NCBI RefSeq assembly: GCF_000315625.1
Contig: NW_005434631.1
Span: 62,001 to 126,000, forward strand
Length of the DNA: 64,000 bases
Direction: 5' to 3'
DNA from: Guillardia theta CCMP2712
Taxonomy: Eukaryota > Protista > Cryptophyta
Below the pieces are notes generated by a model. It was given only the letters and a program-made list of their open reading frames with translations. It was not told the DNA's origin and did not search any database. Shown piece after piece: positions 23,573-34,157 of this stretch. Within the stretch, counting starts at the first letter, position 1, and each line of letters starts with the position of its first letter. Position numbers and translations under genes: made by a program.

Positions 23573-26500
23573 TCAGCTGCAATAGTTAAAACAATCTATT
23601 ATCTTCAGTGTATCTTCTTTTATTTCCATGGTGTAATCATAATAATCTAAACGTTTGTCTTCATGCGTAAACTTCTTTCTATTACCTGTTTCTTTCAATT
23701 CCATTTGGAATAGTTTTGACATCAGGAAATTCAATTTAGATATTGGTTTTTCAGCATCCTTGCTCTTCTTCAGTTTAAACTGGATATAGAACTCATAGTA
23801 CATACTATTTATCTCTTTCTCATATATCTTGATGTTCTTGCCCGATATGATCGTATCTTTATTAAAATTATCAAACTTGATATCCAATATCTCCACGATC
23901 CTATGGACCATCCTTGTTAGCTTGTCGTTTTCCAAGAACTTGTTTATGCTCTTGATGATGTTCTTCTCTTGATGATATAGCTGTATCAATGACGACACTA
24001 TGTTAAAATTAATGTTCTCATTGCCTACAGATTTATATACCTTCTCAATGATCCTCTTATAATCTTCCACATCCATACGATGTAGATATATATCATAAAT
24101 ATATACTAAGAAGGCATCTCTCTGTTGTCTCTCTTTGTCCTTTCGATGCTTCAAGACATTATTTATGTATTCAAAGTAATTGTAATTGTATGCCTTTAGC
24201 ACTTCAGAATGGTGTTTAAACATGTCCTTTTTGTTTATTGCCTGCTCTACGGTTGTCTCCTCAGCATCCTCCACATGATCCTTCAGAGCACAGTATATCC
24301 CTTCATGGGTTCTGATACATTCTTTTTCTATAAACCTATTATCGGCTTGTTTGCTTACCTGGTACTTGAAACAATCTATCAGATAGGGTTTCTGGATATG
24401 ATCCCTCTCTGTATTGTTTATCCTAAGGTTGCGGAACATCTCTTTAAAGCCTTCCTCCATGTTGCAATTAGACTCCTTGCTAGGATGCTTTACATGCTTG
24501 AGATAGTCCTCTGAAACCACCTGATTCCTGAACTTTACATAGGTGTGCTCAAAGTCTGGATTTCTCTTGTAATATATATCTATGTTCTGATATCCTTCGG
24601 CATCTGCCTTGACATATCTAAATCTATGCAATGCTTGAAATATGGTGTTTGTACGAATAAAACCATTAGGAACACTCCCAAATTCATCAAGAAGTATCAC
24701 CTTCTTGGTCCAGTAATCTCTAGATTCCTCTGAAAAGCCTGTGGTTAAAGTGAAAGTGTGCAGACACACATCTATGTTGTGTTTGCTGATCAGTTTAGGA
24801 TTTTTTATGTATTTTTTATGTTCTTCTTTGTTATCCCCTGTGATGATCAGATGTTTAATGCCATGCTTATCAAACTCTTTTTCAAACCGTTCCTTGTTAC
24901 ACTTGAAGACTACCACTCCACATATCTTATGTCCATTCTTCACATCCTTTATGATGTTCTTCAAGAAGTATTCTGATACATTGTATTGCTCTTTATTATA
25001 CTCTTTTTTGTACCTTCTGATGTCACACCGTAGATTGTACCTTTGCTTAAAACGGATATCATCTGTATGATAGAAATCAACCGGCTTGCTGAACCTCTTG
25101 GATAGGTCATATAGAAAATCTACAGAGGCCCTGCTAAATCTAAATAGAGCCTCTGCGAATATTACCCTCTTCAGGCTGCTGTAGGTGAATAGATCATTCA
25201 ACACATTAACTATTTCCTCTCTCACATTCTTGTTCTTTCGCTCATCGGTTGTTGGATTTACCAATGAATTGGTGAGCTCATCTAACTCATCTATTATGAT
25301 ATAGTCGTAATCGAAGCGTTCTAACTTGCTAAGGGATTGGATTGAGATAATGAGACGTCCTTTCTTGAAGCGATCAGGAACCGTCATGTCATTGTACAGA
25401 CTGAATGTTTGGAGCCATTTCTCCATCATTATCCCATTCACTCTTGTCCTTAGAGTGGTTGCTAGATTTATGTTGGACACTATAATCAGAACATTATCAT
25501 CGCTGTTTTCTATATCTTGGAGCATGTACTCTGTCTTCCCAAATCCCATTGAGGCCGATAGAGCTATGAAAGTCTTATCTGATTCTATCTTTTCTCCAAA
25601 TGAGGGATATGGCAGCACATTGAACCGCTCCTTGATATAGTCTAGACTGACTGTTGTATTTTTTGGTAGGTTGTGTCTGTGCCACGATGAAACCACATTC
25701 TCATCATACATCTTGGCAATCATTACAAGGCTACCAATTGGATCTGCCCATTGTAACGTAGATTTGTGCAGCATGCTATTCAGCCTTGACAACATCTCTT
25801 GCAATGTTATCCTCTCTTGTTCATTATTTTCATTGAATGAGTTTAGCAAACAGTATAATGAGCTTAGTTTGGTCTCATAAAGGGATTTGATGTTGTTCTT
25901 ATGTATCTCTATATCGTCCATTCTTTCTGTTGGACAAACCTTCTCAAGCTCTTCTATCATCTGCTCTTTGGATAGGCTTCCATATCTCTTTACCTTCAAT
26001 TCCTTACACTTGTTTAGAAGTGTGATCTTGTCCCATGTCAGATATTGACAATGATTTATGTAGGCCTTATGGGTCCATTCAATCATGAGAGATAGAAAAG
26101 TATCAACCCTGTCCTCATATTTGATATGGATTGAACCCTGTAGGTCATTGAACATCTCTTCTGGGGTCTCTGTCAAGAAATTGGTCACTGTTAAAATCAA
26201 CTTCTTCCAGTTATATGTATTGATAGAGATAATGTCATTCTGTATGGTCTTTATGAGATACATGACAAAGTGTTCATTTATGTCAGGCTTCAATATATGC
26301 TTACCTGTGTAGGTGAACGTGCCGTTGTCTAATTGCGATGGCCTCTTGACACGCTTTGGAGGGCTTATATTGAAGGGCTTCTTTTTACCATTCAATATGC
26401 TCGGATCAAACCTTGAGAACCTGTTTGATTCTTCATATTCACCTACAAGATACTTGTAGAATGGCTCTCCTTGTGGTTTGACGGCCCTCTTGATTGTAGG

Positions 26501-27184
26501 TGTGACTATGTATTGGTTGTTGTGGTATACCATCTTGGATTGATTTATAAGCCTGAATTGCTGATGCTGTTTGTAGATTGACATGTCTATAACATTCTTC
26601 TGTAGACTTGGTAAATGTCTCTTTATCTTCACTTCAAACTCTGTTACAGGCACATCGATTACCTTCATGAGGTCTCGGCAATATCTCCAGTCAAGGTGTA
26701 TTGGCAGTATCACATGGTATGATAGTTTGTACCTTGCCTCTGCATGCTGTCTGCCATTTGACTCACATATTATCACGTTGTCTACATGCAGCCCCTCTAT
26801 GCCCAATTCATATGTCATCACGTCAATGCTGCTCTTCGCAAATTCTATGATCTCATCTAAGAGAGGATATCGGCCCTCTGATTGCATCCTCTCATACTCC
26901 TTGGCCCTCTTTTCATCATCCACCAATATGTCTATATCAATTGGCAACCCTGTGTTCCTGCCATGCTTTAGGACCTCATAGAGGTTGAGGTTTTGCCCTA
27001 TCATTGGGTTCTTGTAATCCGTCACACAGAAGTCCTTTACCACCTTCTTCTTTGGATCATCAGTGTTAAGTTTCTTTTTGTCACTACTTATGATAATGTT
27101 TGTTCTTCCAAGAGCATTCTCCTTGAAGATCTTACCATCCTTTATCTGGCCATACCATCTCTTCACATAATCTTTCTTCAACAT
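23573..27184 (-). CDS. AEP (PrimPol-like) primase fused to herpes UL9/origin-binding-like SF2 helicase
   Basis: AEP motifs LYEVL, IDID, KLSYHVI, IDMSIY..QFRL..QSK. Helicase Walker A ASMGFGKT, Walker B IIIDELD, motif VI QALHRFR. Confidence 0.82.
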   Translation of the reverse strand: MLKKDYVKRWYGQIKDGKIFKENALGRTNIIISSDKKKLNTDDPKKKVVKDFCVTDYKNPMIGQNLNLYEVLKHGRNTGLPIDIDILVDDEKRAKEYERMQSEGRYPLLDEIIEFAKSSIDVMTYELGIEGLHVDNVIICESNGRQHAEARYKLSYHVILPIHLDWRYCRDLMKVIDVPVTEFEVKIKRHLPSLQKNVIDMSIYKQHQQFRLINQSKMVYHNNQYIVTPTIKRAVKPQGEPFYKYLVGEYEESNRFSRFDPSILNGKKKPFNISPPKRVKRPSQLDNGTFTYTGKHILKPDINEHFVMYLIKTIQNDIISINTYNWKKLILTVTNFLTETPEEMFNDLQGSIHIKYEDRVDTFLSLMIEWTHKAYINHCQYLTWDKITLLNKCKELKVKRYGSLSKEQMIEELEKVCPTERMDDIEIHKNNIKSLYETKLSSLYCLLNSFNENNEQERITLQEMLSRLNSMLHKSTLQWADPIGSLVMIAKMYDENVVSSWHRHNLPKNTTVSLDYIKERFNVLPYPSFGEKIESDKTFIALSASMGFGKTEYMLQDIENSDDNVLIIVSNINLATTLRTRVNGIMMEKWLQTFSLYNDMTVPDRFKKGRLIISIQSLSKLERFDYDYIIIDELDELTNSLVNPTTDERKNKNVREEIVNVLNDLFTYSSLKRVIFAEALFRFSRASVDFLYDLSKRFSKPVDFYHTDDIRFKQRYNLRCDIRRYKKEYNKEQYNVSEYFLKNIIKDVKNGHKICGVVVFKCNKERFEKEFDKHGIKHLIITGDNKEEHKKYIKNPKLISKHNIDVCLHTFTLTTGFSEESRDYWTKKVILLDEFGSVPNGFIRTNTIFQALHRFRYVKADAEGYQNIDIYYKRNPDFEHTYVKFRNQVVSEDYLKHVKHPSKESNCNMEEGFKEMFRNLRINNTERDHIQKPYLIDCFKYQVSKQADNRFIEKECIRTHEGIYCALKDHVEDAEETTVEQAINKKDMFKHHSEVLKAYNYNYFEYINNVLKHRKDKERQQRDAFLVYIYDIYLHRMDVEDYKRIIEKVYKSVGNENINFNIVSSLIQLYHQEKNIIKSINKFLENDKLTRMVHRIVEILDIKFDNFNKDTIISGKNIKIYEKEINSMYYEFYIQFKLKKSKDAEKPISKLNFLMSKLFQMELKETGNRKKFTHEDKRLDYYDYTMEIKEDTLKIIDCFNYCS

Positions 27185-27281
27185 CTTTTTGCTTAAACTT
27201 ATTTGTAATTTATAACATAGCTATTCTTTAAGTACTTTCAAACGCGCTTAAGAACAATTTCATGTATATACTATTATACAA

Positions 27282-27686
27282 ATGGAGAACCCTTCTTCTA
27301 TTACCACCCTAAGTGAGTTGTCACCTGATGAATTGAAGAAACTCAAAAGAAAGGAATATCAACGGAACTATCAAAGGGAATATCAAAAGGAATATCAAAA
27401 GACTTATTGGCCTGAAAAAAAGATTGAATATCAGCGGAACTATCAACAACAGGTCCATCATACAAATCTTCAAAGATATCACAATATGTCACCTGAAGAA
27501 AAACAGAGGTTGAATGAATACAACAAGGAACGCATCCAAAAATTCACTCCCGAACAAATGGAACAATATCGCATATATCATTCTCAAGCCTCATTGAATT
27601 GGTACCATCAGAACAAGGATGAGATCAACCGCAAGAGGCGTGAAAAATATCAACAACAGAAACTCTTACAGAATATCTCCTCATAA
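27282..27686 (+). CDS. Small helical protein, paralog family member 2
   Basis: ELSPDELKKLKRKEYQRNYQREYQ...SLNWYHQNKDEINRKRREKY; close paralog of 30505-30921. Confidence 0.8.
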   Translation: MENPSSITTLSELSPDELKKLKRKEYQRNYQREYQKEYQKTYWPEKKIEYQRNYQQQVHHTNLQRYHNMSPEEKQRLNEYNKERIQKFTPEQMEQYRIYHSQASLNWYHQNKDEINRKRREKYQQQKLLQNISS

Positions 27687-28030
27687 GAGTCTTGTTTTTC
27701 CCTTCAAGCTCTCATGATTAATAAGGCTTAAGAACAATTTCACACGTACTCTGTACAATACCCATATGATATCTCTATGTCATTCTTTATATCATTATAC
27801 AACTATGTTGAAATCATAAAATCATATATTCAACATCTCTCTATAAGTCACAATAAGTTTCTATAGAGGTATCATATAGATATTGTACCTTATATTGTGT
27901 TGGACCACTTATTTCCAAGTCTTATCCGACCGATAGTTTGTTTCAGAAACATCTGCTCCATGTGATGGATCTTACCAATGATAACATATTTAAGGATTAT
28001 CATTATATATGTATTTGAAAAACCTTACCA

Positions 28031-29677
28031 ATGTCATCACATGTTCCTAACCTAGGAGCTATTCATAGAGAAACGGGTAAGTATTGTCTAGCAAGATTAG
28101 CTAACAAAAACGAAACATATGTTTGTCCTGAATGCAACAGACCATTGATTGTTCGTAAGGGAAACAAAAGGATCCATCATTTCGCCCATTTCAAGGAAAC
28201 GGATCCTTGTGCTTACTACAACAGTCCTTCAGAGAGTCAAATTCATAAGGATGCTAAACTTGCTATGAAGTTTATCTTAGAGGGGGATATTCCGTTTCAG
28301 ATCTATAGAAGCTGTTCAATTTGTAAATCTTCAAAGAATTCGTTAGATGTTCCTGATATGACTGATTGCAAGGTTGAATTAGAACATAGATTTGCGCATT
28401 CAACATCTATTCGAATTGCGGATGTAGCTGTTTTGAAACAAATTGATGATGGTTTCAGATTGCATGCCATATTTGAGATCTTCAATTCACATTCTACAGC
28501 GGAAGACTTTCGTCCAGAACCATGGTTTGAATTTGATGCTAGGTCACTGTTAGAAGCTATCAATAAGCCTGTTATTAAACTATGCTGTATTCGCAATTCT
28601 CAATGTAAAACATGCATATACAAAAGGAATATCAAGGAGCTCAACCATTGTTTACAGGCTTTTAAAAATGAGAGTGATCTTCAATATTTGAAAAGATTGG
28701 CAGAACATAGTTTTGCTGAATATGGAAACGGTAATGTTCTTGAACGTCCTATTAGAGAGATATTAGGACAAACCGAATTTATTCCAAGATGTAAAGATTG
28801 TGACTACTGCGGTTGTAATAAGTGCTATTCACGGCATATGCGTTTCAATTTTAATGCTCAAACAGATGAAGAAGCTGAAGAAAATCAATCTATTATAGAA
28901 TTGTTCAATCCACTATTCAAAAAGTATAATGTTGTTATCTCATCATGTAAAGGCAGCATATTCTGTTACATTCTTACAAAGAATGATAATTATCAAACAT
29001 CTAAATATTATCATGCTTTGGACCAATGTGAATATCCCTTTAAGATGATGATCGATTTCACTGGAGCAGGCAGCATTGGGATAATAATGACGATACTTAC
29101 ATTTATACATTACTTGTTGCCAAGGATTGTATGCTTTACAAAAATTCAAATGAATTTCGATTATTTTGGTTATCTTATTAATGAAAATGAATTATTTACC
29201 AATTCGGATAAAATTTCTTCAAAATGTTTTTCACAAGCTGCTGATTTTATTTACATATATAATGCTTGTGTTATCCTTCGTAAAAAGAAGTGGGTTTTTG
29301 AGATTGATAAAAATCCGTATGATGATAAAAGCAATGCAATTTTTATACCTCATAAGGGTGAAAGTTTAATCAAAATTTATTGTGATAGAATAGTTTATTG
29401 CACATATGACAAACCAAGCAAAAGTAAACTTATAAGTATTTATGATATTTGTCTTAAAGAAGATCTTGATGAATGGTATAATCATCCAACAGGAATTGGT
29501 TTTTTTGAAGATATATATTTAGATTGTGCTTTCTCACAGAAAGATGAAGTTAAGGCTCTTGGAGCTAAATGGAATCATAAAATGAAGAAGTGGAGTGTAA
29601 TAGATACTGTATCAAACCGTCGTCGTTTCTCACGTTGGATTGTAGATGATGAAAAAGATCCTTGGGGATCATCTTAA
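28031..29677 (+). CDS. CoiA-like Zn-ribbon/PD-(D/E)xK nuclease with C-terminal DUF5710-like module
   Basis: YVCPECNRPLIVRKGNKRIHHFAH, ESQIHKDAK, RIADVAV, AIFEIFNSH; C-terminal YLDCAFSQKDEVKALGAKWN...KKW. Confidence 0.75.
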   Translation: MSSHVPNLGAIHRETGKYCLARLANKNETYVCPECNRPLIVRKGNKRIHHFAHFKETDPCAYYNSPSESQIHKDAKLAMKFILEGDIPFQIYRSCSICKSSKNSLDVPDMTDCKVELEHRFAHSTSIRIADVAVLKQIDDGFRLHAIFEIFNSHSTAEDFRPEPWFEFDARSLLEAINKPVIKLCCIRNSQCKTCIYKRNIKELNHCLQAFKNESDLQYLKRLAEHSFAEYGNGNVLERPIREILGQTEFIPRCKDCDYCGCNKCYSRHMRFNFNAQTDEEAEENQSIIELFNPLFKKYNVVISSCKGSIFCYILTKNDNYQTSKYYHALDQCEYPFKMMIDFTGAGSIGIIMTILTFIHYLLPRIVCFTKIQMNFDYFGYLINENELFTNSDKISSKCFSQAADFIYIYNACVILRKKKWVFEIDKNPYDDKSNAIFIPHKGESLIKIYCDRIVYCTYDKPSKSKLISIYDICLKEDLDEWYNHPTGIGFFEDIYLDCAFSQKDEVKALGAKWNHKMKKWSVIDTVSNRRRFSRWIVDDEKDPWGSS

Positions 29678-29827
29678 ATATGGTTGGATCAACAACTGAT
29701 GCTATTCATAATCCCTTACATCGACATAGGCTTTCGTCTTAATCCATACAGATTTTTTTTCAGTATTGATAGAATAATCATAGCGAGTATGATATGAATG
29801 TTGTACGAGATATTGTGTATGAATGTG

Positions 29828-30181
29828 TCAGTCTTGAGCGCGTTCGGGGCGCTCTCCCCAATTTGCCTGTGCTCGCTTCTGCTCTTGATACCTCTCTCGT
29901 CTCCTTGCCTTTATTCGCTCTCTCTTTTCAGGATCCTCATACTGCTTCCTATTCATTTCTTTTACTCTCTCACGATAGTCCTCATCCATATTGTACCTTT
30001 TATTCTTGTACTTCCTTGATGATTCCAATATCCTCTTCCTAAACTCTTCATCCTCATGATACCTTCTCTTGTTGTACTCTGCTATGTACTCATATATCTC
30101 TTGAATTGTCCCATCCTCTTTTCTCCTTTCTAGATATTCTTTGTTGTATCTTCTTACTGCCTCCTTCTTCTCTTCAGACAT
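29828..30181 (-). CDS. Small charged helical protein, distant member of the paralog family
   Basis: RYNKEYLERRKE...KRRYHEDEEFRKR...RERIKARRRERYQ; composition similar to the family. Confidence 0.6.
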   Translation of the reverse strand: MSEEKKEAVRRYNKEYLERRKEDGTIQEIYEYIAEYNKRRYHEDEEFRKRILESSRKYKNKRYNMDEDYRERVKEMNRKQYEDPEKRERIKARRRERYQEQKRAQANWGERPERAQD

Positions 30182-30504
30182 TATCTCTATATTTTATCTT
30201 AATAATCTTTATATATGTTCTTATTGAGATCTATGAATTCGATATATGCAAGGAGGAGACCGCATATCAACACCTATGCATCTATGATCGATATCACGAT
30301 TACTATCAACAGCATCATCTCATTCCGTCTTAAAGCTTAATAACAATTTCACAAAACTCCATATGACACCTTTTAATTTATGCTCTGAACAATCCGTGTC
30401 GTACTCACTCATCACTTTATGTGTATTTAAATTTATAACTAACCTATTCTTTAAGTACTTTCAAACGCGCTTAAGAACAATTTCATGTATATACTATTAT
30501 ACAA

Positions 30505-30921
30505 ATGGAGGACCCCTCTTCTATCACATTAAATGAATTATCACCTGATGAATTGAAGAAACTCAAAAGAAAGGAATATCAAAGGAACTACCAGAGAGAG
30601 TATCAAAGACAATATCAAAAGACTTATTGGCCTCAAAAGAAGATTGACTATCAAAAGAGTTATCAAAAAGAATATCAAAAGCAATATCAGCGAACACATC
30701 ATACCAATTTACAAAGGTATCATAACAAGACCCCTGAAGAAAAACAACAGGTATTTGAGTACAATAAGCAATGGTTTCAACAACTTCCTCCTGAAAAACA
30801 AAAAGAGTATAAGGACAATCAGAGAATGGCCTCATTGAATTGGTATCATCAGAACAAGGATGAGATCAATCGCAAAAAACGTGAAAAATACCAACAACAG
30901 AAACTATTACAAAATTCCTAA
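30505..30921 (+). CDS. Small helical protein, paralog family member 3
   Basis: Near-duplicate of 27282-27686, including the upstream DNA. Confidence 0.8.
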   Translation: MEDPSSITLNELSPDELKKLKRKEYQRNYQREYQRQYQKTYWPQKKIDYQKSYQKEYQKQYQRTHHTNLQRYHNKTPEEKQQVFEYNKQWFQQLPPEKQKEYKDNQRMASLNWYHQNKDEINRKKREKYQQQKLLQNS

Positions 30922-31137
30922 TTCTTGTTTTTTTCATTAAGCTCTCATATCAAAAAGCTTAAGAACAATTTCACAAAACTCCATACTATACCTGTATTGG
31001 CTGGTTTGGTCTTGGTGGTATTGTCTCAACAATCTGTATCGTACTCACTCATGGTTTACTCAATATCCTTAAATACTTTTTTGATAATCCTAAACGCACC
31101 CAAAACATTTAAAACTTTAACTTATATTATTCTTTAA

Positions 31138-31422
31138 ATGAATGATACCGAATTGACCCCTGAACAACTTAAGATCCTTAAAAGACGTGAATATCAACGA
31201 CAAAGATATCATAATCTTGACCCTGAGAAAAAACTTAAAAAAGTTGAGAACCGCAAGAATTGGCTTCAAAAACAACCCGATGACATCAAGGACAAATACA
31301 AGGAGGTCCATCGAAACACTAGTCTTCAATGGTATTACAAAAATCAGGAACAGGAACAGATCAAGAGCCGTGAAAGGATGCGAGAAAAGTATGGTTACAA
31401 TCCCTCTCCTAAATTCCAATAA
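31138..31422 (+). CDS. Small helical protein, paralog family member 4
   Basis: ELTPEQLKILKRREYQRQRYHNL...SLQWYYKNQE...RMREKY. Confidence 0.7.
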   Translation: MNDTELTPEQLKILKRREYQRQRYHNLDPEKKLKKVENRKNWLQKQPDDIKDKYKEVHRNTSLQWYYKNQEQEQIKSRERMREKYGYNPSPKFQ

Positions 31423-31746
31423 TCTATCCTCTATCATCCCCCCTCTCCTACTTTGGGAGATGTGGAGACATCCCATATCCCTCACCATTCTCATAATAAC
31501 TTTACATTTTAGTTCTTGTTCCTTTCAGCTTATCAATAATGACACCCCTTCACAAAACCCCATACAATACCTTTTACTATTATAAATAAAAACTACATCA
31601 AGCCATCATATCTTACACCTTGCAATACCCACTGTTTACTTCCTATAAACAATCCCTATATATAGTTCTAAATAACAGCGATGTTCTAATTTAGTGAACA
31701 AGAATGCAGAGATGGTTCGCTGCATCATCATAAAAAACAATCTCAT

Positions 31747-33012
31747 CTAATCTCTATACTCAAATATTATTGGATTAGACGATAAAGTATACCAATCTAT
31801 CTCTTCTATCTCGAACCTCCTCTCTTCCAACAAAGGTCTCACTCGAGGATTTGGGTTCCTTAATAACTCCCTTATATCTATCCTGTTTTTATTATCTATC
31901 AACAAATCTATCGCCTTATCATTCGGATTGCTACTTAAACTTCTCCAAACTATATATCCTCTATTTGCTGGTCTTACAATGTAATCCACCGCTTCATCAT
32001 TGCTATTCATACAGAGATACTCCCAATCGATATACTGTGGATGTGTTATCAAATATCTTACAGCTTCCGTATTGGTATTCATACTAAACTCTTGCCAATC
32101 TATTCTGTTACCGTTTCTTTCTTGTTCATTTATCAGAAATCTGACTGCTGCAATCGATGGATTTCCCGATAACCTGATCCAATCTACTCCTTCATAATCG
32201 TTATTATGTCTATAGGACTTTATTATCTTTATTGCTTTTTCATTTGTATTTCCTGACAAGTATGCAAGATTAACATATTTTTTGTTTCTCTGTAAATATT
32301 GATCAAATATGTCATCGTGAATACATTTCGATAAGGCATCTGTAAATGGTAACATGTTCATACGCATCAATAATCTCAAACCTTTTACATTCTTGTTCTC
32401 TATCAAGAATTCATTCACTATATACTCTGGATGCTTTGCCAAAAAATTTATTGCTGCGTCACTCGGGTTCATATTCAGATTGCGCAATCCGGCACTCTGA
32501 TTCCGTGGTTTAAATCTCAATAACGCCTCCAACTCTTCCTCAAAATTCCTCTTTATCACGTTTATCATTCCCTCACTCGGATTCCTTAAAAAACGAGTAT
32601 ACATGGACACTAACATTCTTCGATCTATCCAATCCAATAATTTTGGGGGCATCATCCTCTTGTACTCTGTGACTATTCGCTCCTTCAGATCTACTGGGAG
32701 CTTGCTTAGTGATAATCCGTCTGCCTTCCTATTTATCTTTCTATGTATCTCACTCGAGTTGTCCGACCCATTTTCGAATAGTATGCCTATGTTCCTACAT
32801 AATGACCTCAACTGTCTCTTGTTAATATCCATGAGCTTCATACATATCTTGAATGTTGTTTCATCCTCACATATATGGCTCAACTCCTCCCTTGTCAGTT
32901 TAAACAGTCTCACCCTCGATATCAACTCCTTATCGACATACTCTGTAGTCGGTTCTATTGCAATCAGTGAAGACACCACATCTGCCTTCACCGGTGAATT
33001 ACTGTTTGACAT
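31747..33012 (-). CDS. Giant-virus-type IDWxxLSxNP repeat protein with F-box-like motif
   Basis: Repeats VDWIRLSGNP, IDWQEFSMNT, IDWEYLCMNS, IVWRSLSSNP, IDWYTLSSNP; LSKLPVDLKERIV upstream. Confidence 0.75.
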   Translation of the reverse strand: MSNSNSPVKADVVSSLIAIEPTTEYVDKELISRVRLFKLTREELSHICEDETTFKICMKLMDINKRQLRSLCRNIGILFENGSDNSSEIHRKINRKADGLSLSKLPVDLKERIVTEYKRMMPPKLLDWIDRRMLVSMYTRFLRNPSEGMINVIKRNFEEELEALLRFKPRNQSAGLRNLNMNPSDAAINFLAKHPEYIVNEFLIENKNVKGLRLLMRMNMLPFTDALSKCIHDDIFDQYLQRNKKYVNLAYLSGNTNEKAIKIIKSYRHNNDYEGVDWIRLSGNPSIAAVRFLINEQERNGNRIDWQEFSMNTNTEAVRYLITHPQYIDWEYLCMNSNDEAVDYIVRPANRGYIVWRSLSSNPNDKAIDLLIDNKNRIDIRELLRNPNPRVRPLLEERRFEIEEIDWYTLSSNPIIFEYRD

Positions 33013-33065
33013 TTACTCTTATCTTTTATCTACATTTTTACTTTAGAGTGAGCCTCTACAAGAAA

Positions 33066-33495
33066 AAGCGTGATGACTCCGGCCCTTTACACGACATACG
33101 TACAATACTTGATATGACACCTCTATATCACTCTCTTCATATCACATACAAATCCATTGTAGTTATCTAATAAAGATATCACAACTATCATCTGTATGGT
33201 ATTCAAGAAGTAATTATAGCGAATTACATGTGGATCTTGTACCTGATAGTGTGTATGTCTGATATAGGTCTAAGCAAGTCCCAGATGATATATAAGGCCT
33301 TCACACAGCCCGTACAAGACGGTCACACAGCGCAGGCGCTTGCGCCAAGCGTCATGACTCAGGCCTTTTACACGACTACGTACAATACTTGATATGACAC
33401 CTCTATATATCTCTTTAAGTATTATATACAAATCCATTGTCATCATCCAAGATATCACAAGTATCATCTGTATGGTATTCAAGAAGTAATCATAA
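33066..33495. repeat. Two diverged ~150-bp direct repeats (about 33066-33218 and 33347-33495)
   Basis: Shared blocks TTTACACGAC, TACGTACAATACTTGATATGACACCTCTATAT and TATCATCTGTATGGTATTCAAGAAGTAAT. Confidence 0.85.
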
Positions 33496-33637
33496 ATGTT
33501 TATAAAGATCTTATGCATTGGTGAGTTGAATGTTACAATATCAATATTATTCATTCCAAATTGCCCTCAAATTCACTGTTTCCAATCAAAAATGATTAGA
33601 ATTATTGTGTTTATATACAACAAGCAGCACATCAATT

Positions 33638-33973
33638 ATGAGTGAATATTGCCTTGCCCTCAATCTTGAAAACATCAGGAATCAATGCATGAGAAACATC
33701 AAGGACAAACTAGATGGCAATGATTATGATACCCCTATGTTTGCTATTGATACAATTGATATGATCAATGAACACTTCAAGAAGCATAAGGACCTTCATC
33801 AAATGCCTATTGATTGTATGGATGATTACACCAAAGATCATAAGATAAGACACAAAGATAGAGATATGTGGACCTATAATCAAGTGATTGATTTTCTAGA
33901 TGACTATACCGATAAGGTAAAATATGACAATGATTTAGAATATGATGTTGTGTTTATGAATGGAGATATCTAA
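33638..33973 (+). CDS. Hypothetical acidic protein
   Basis: ATG at 33638, preceded by AAAAATGA at 33588. Confidence 0.6.
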   Translation: MSEYCLALNLENIRNQCMRNIKDKLDGNDYDTPMFAIDTIDMINEHFKKHKDLHQMPIDCMDDYTKDHKIRHKDRDMWTYNQVIDFLDDYTDKVKYDNDLEYDVVFMNGDI

Positions 33974-34157
33974 GAGCATCAGTTATAAAGAATGCCATCT
34001 GTAGCAGTTTTACAGTTTATTTTTTTGGCTTTCCATCTGCTCAGGCGAGCCTTTGATATGAGTATGTGTGTGGCATTCTCATTATCTGCATACATTTGCC
34101 TATCATAGTCGATAAAAATGATTGGAGTGTTATTGTATGTGGACACTAACAAAACAA

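Noticed and set aside
19505-29677. Bacterial contamination (ParB, CoiA, DnaQ-like genes)
   Set aside because: No operons or Shine-Dalgarno pattern; interspersed with HECT, histone and EsV-1-7 genes typical of eukaryotic viruses.
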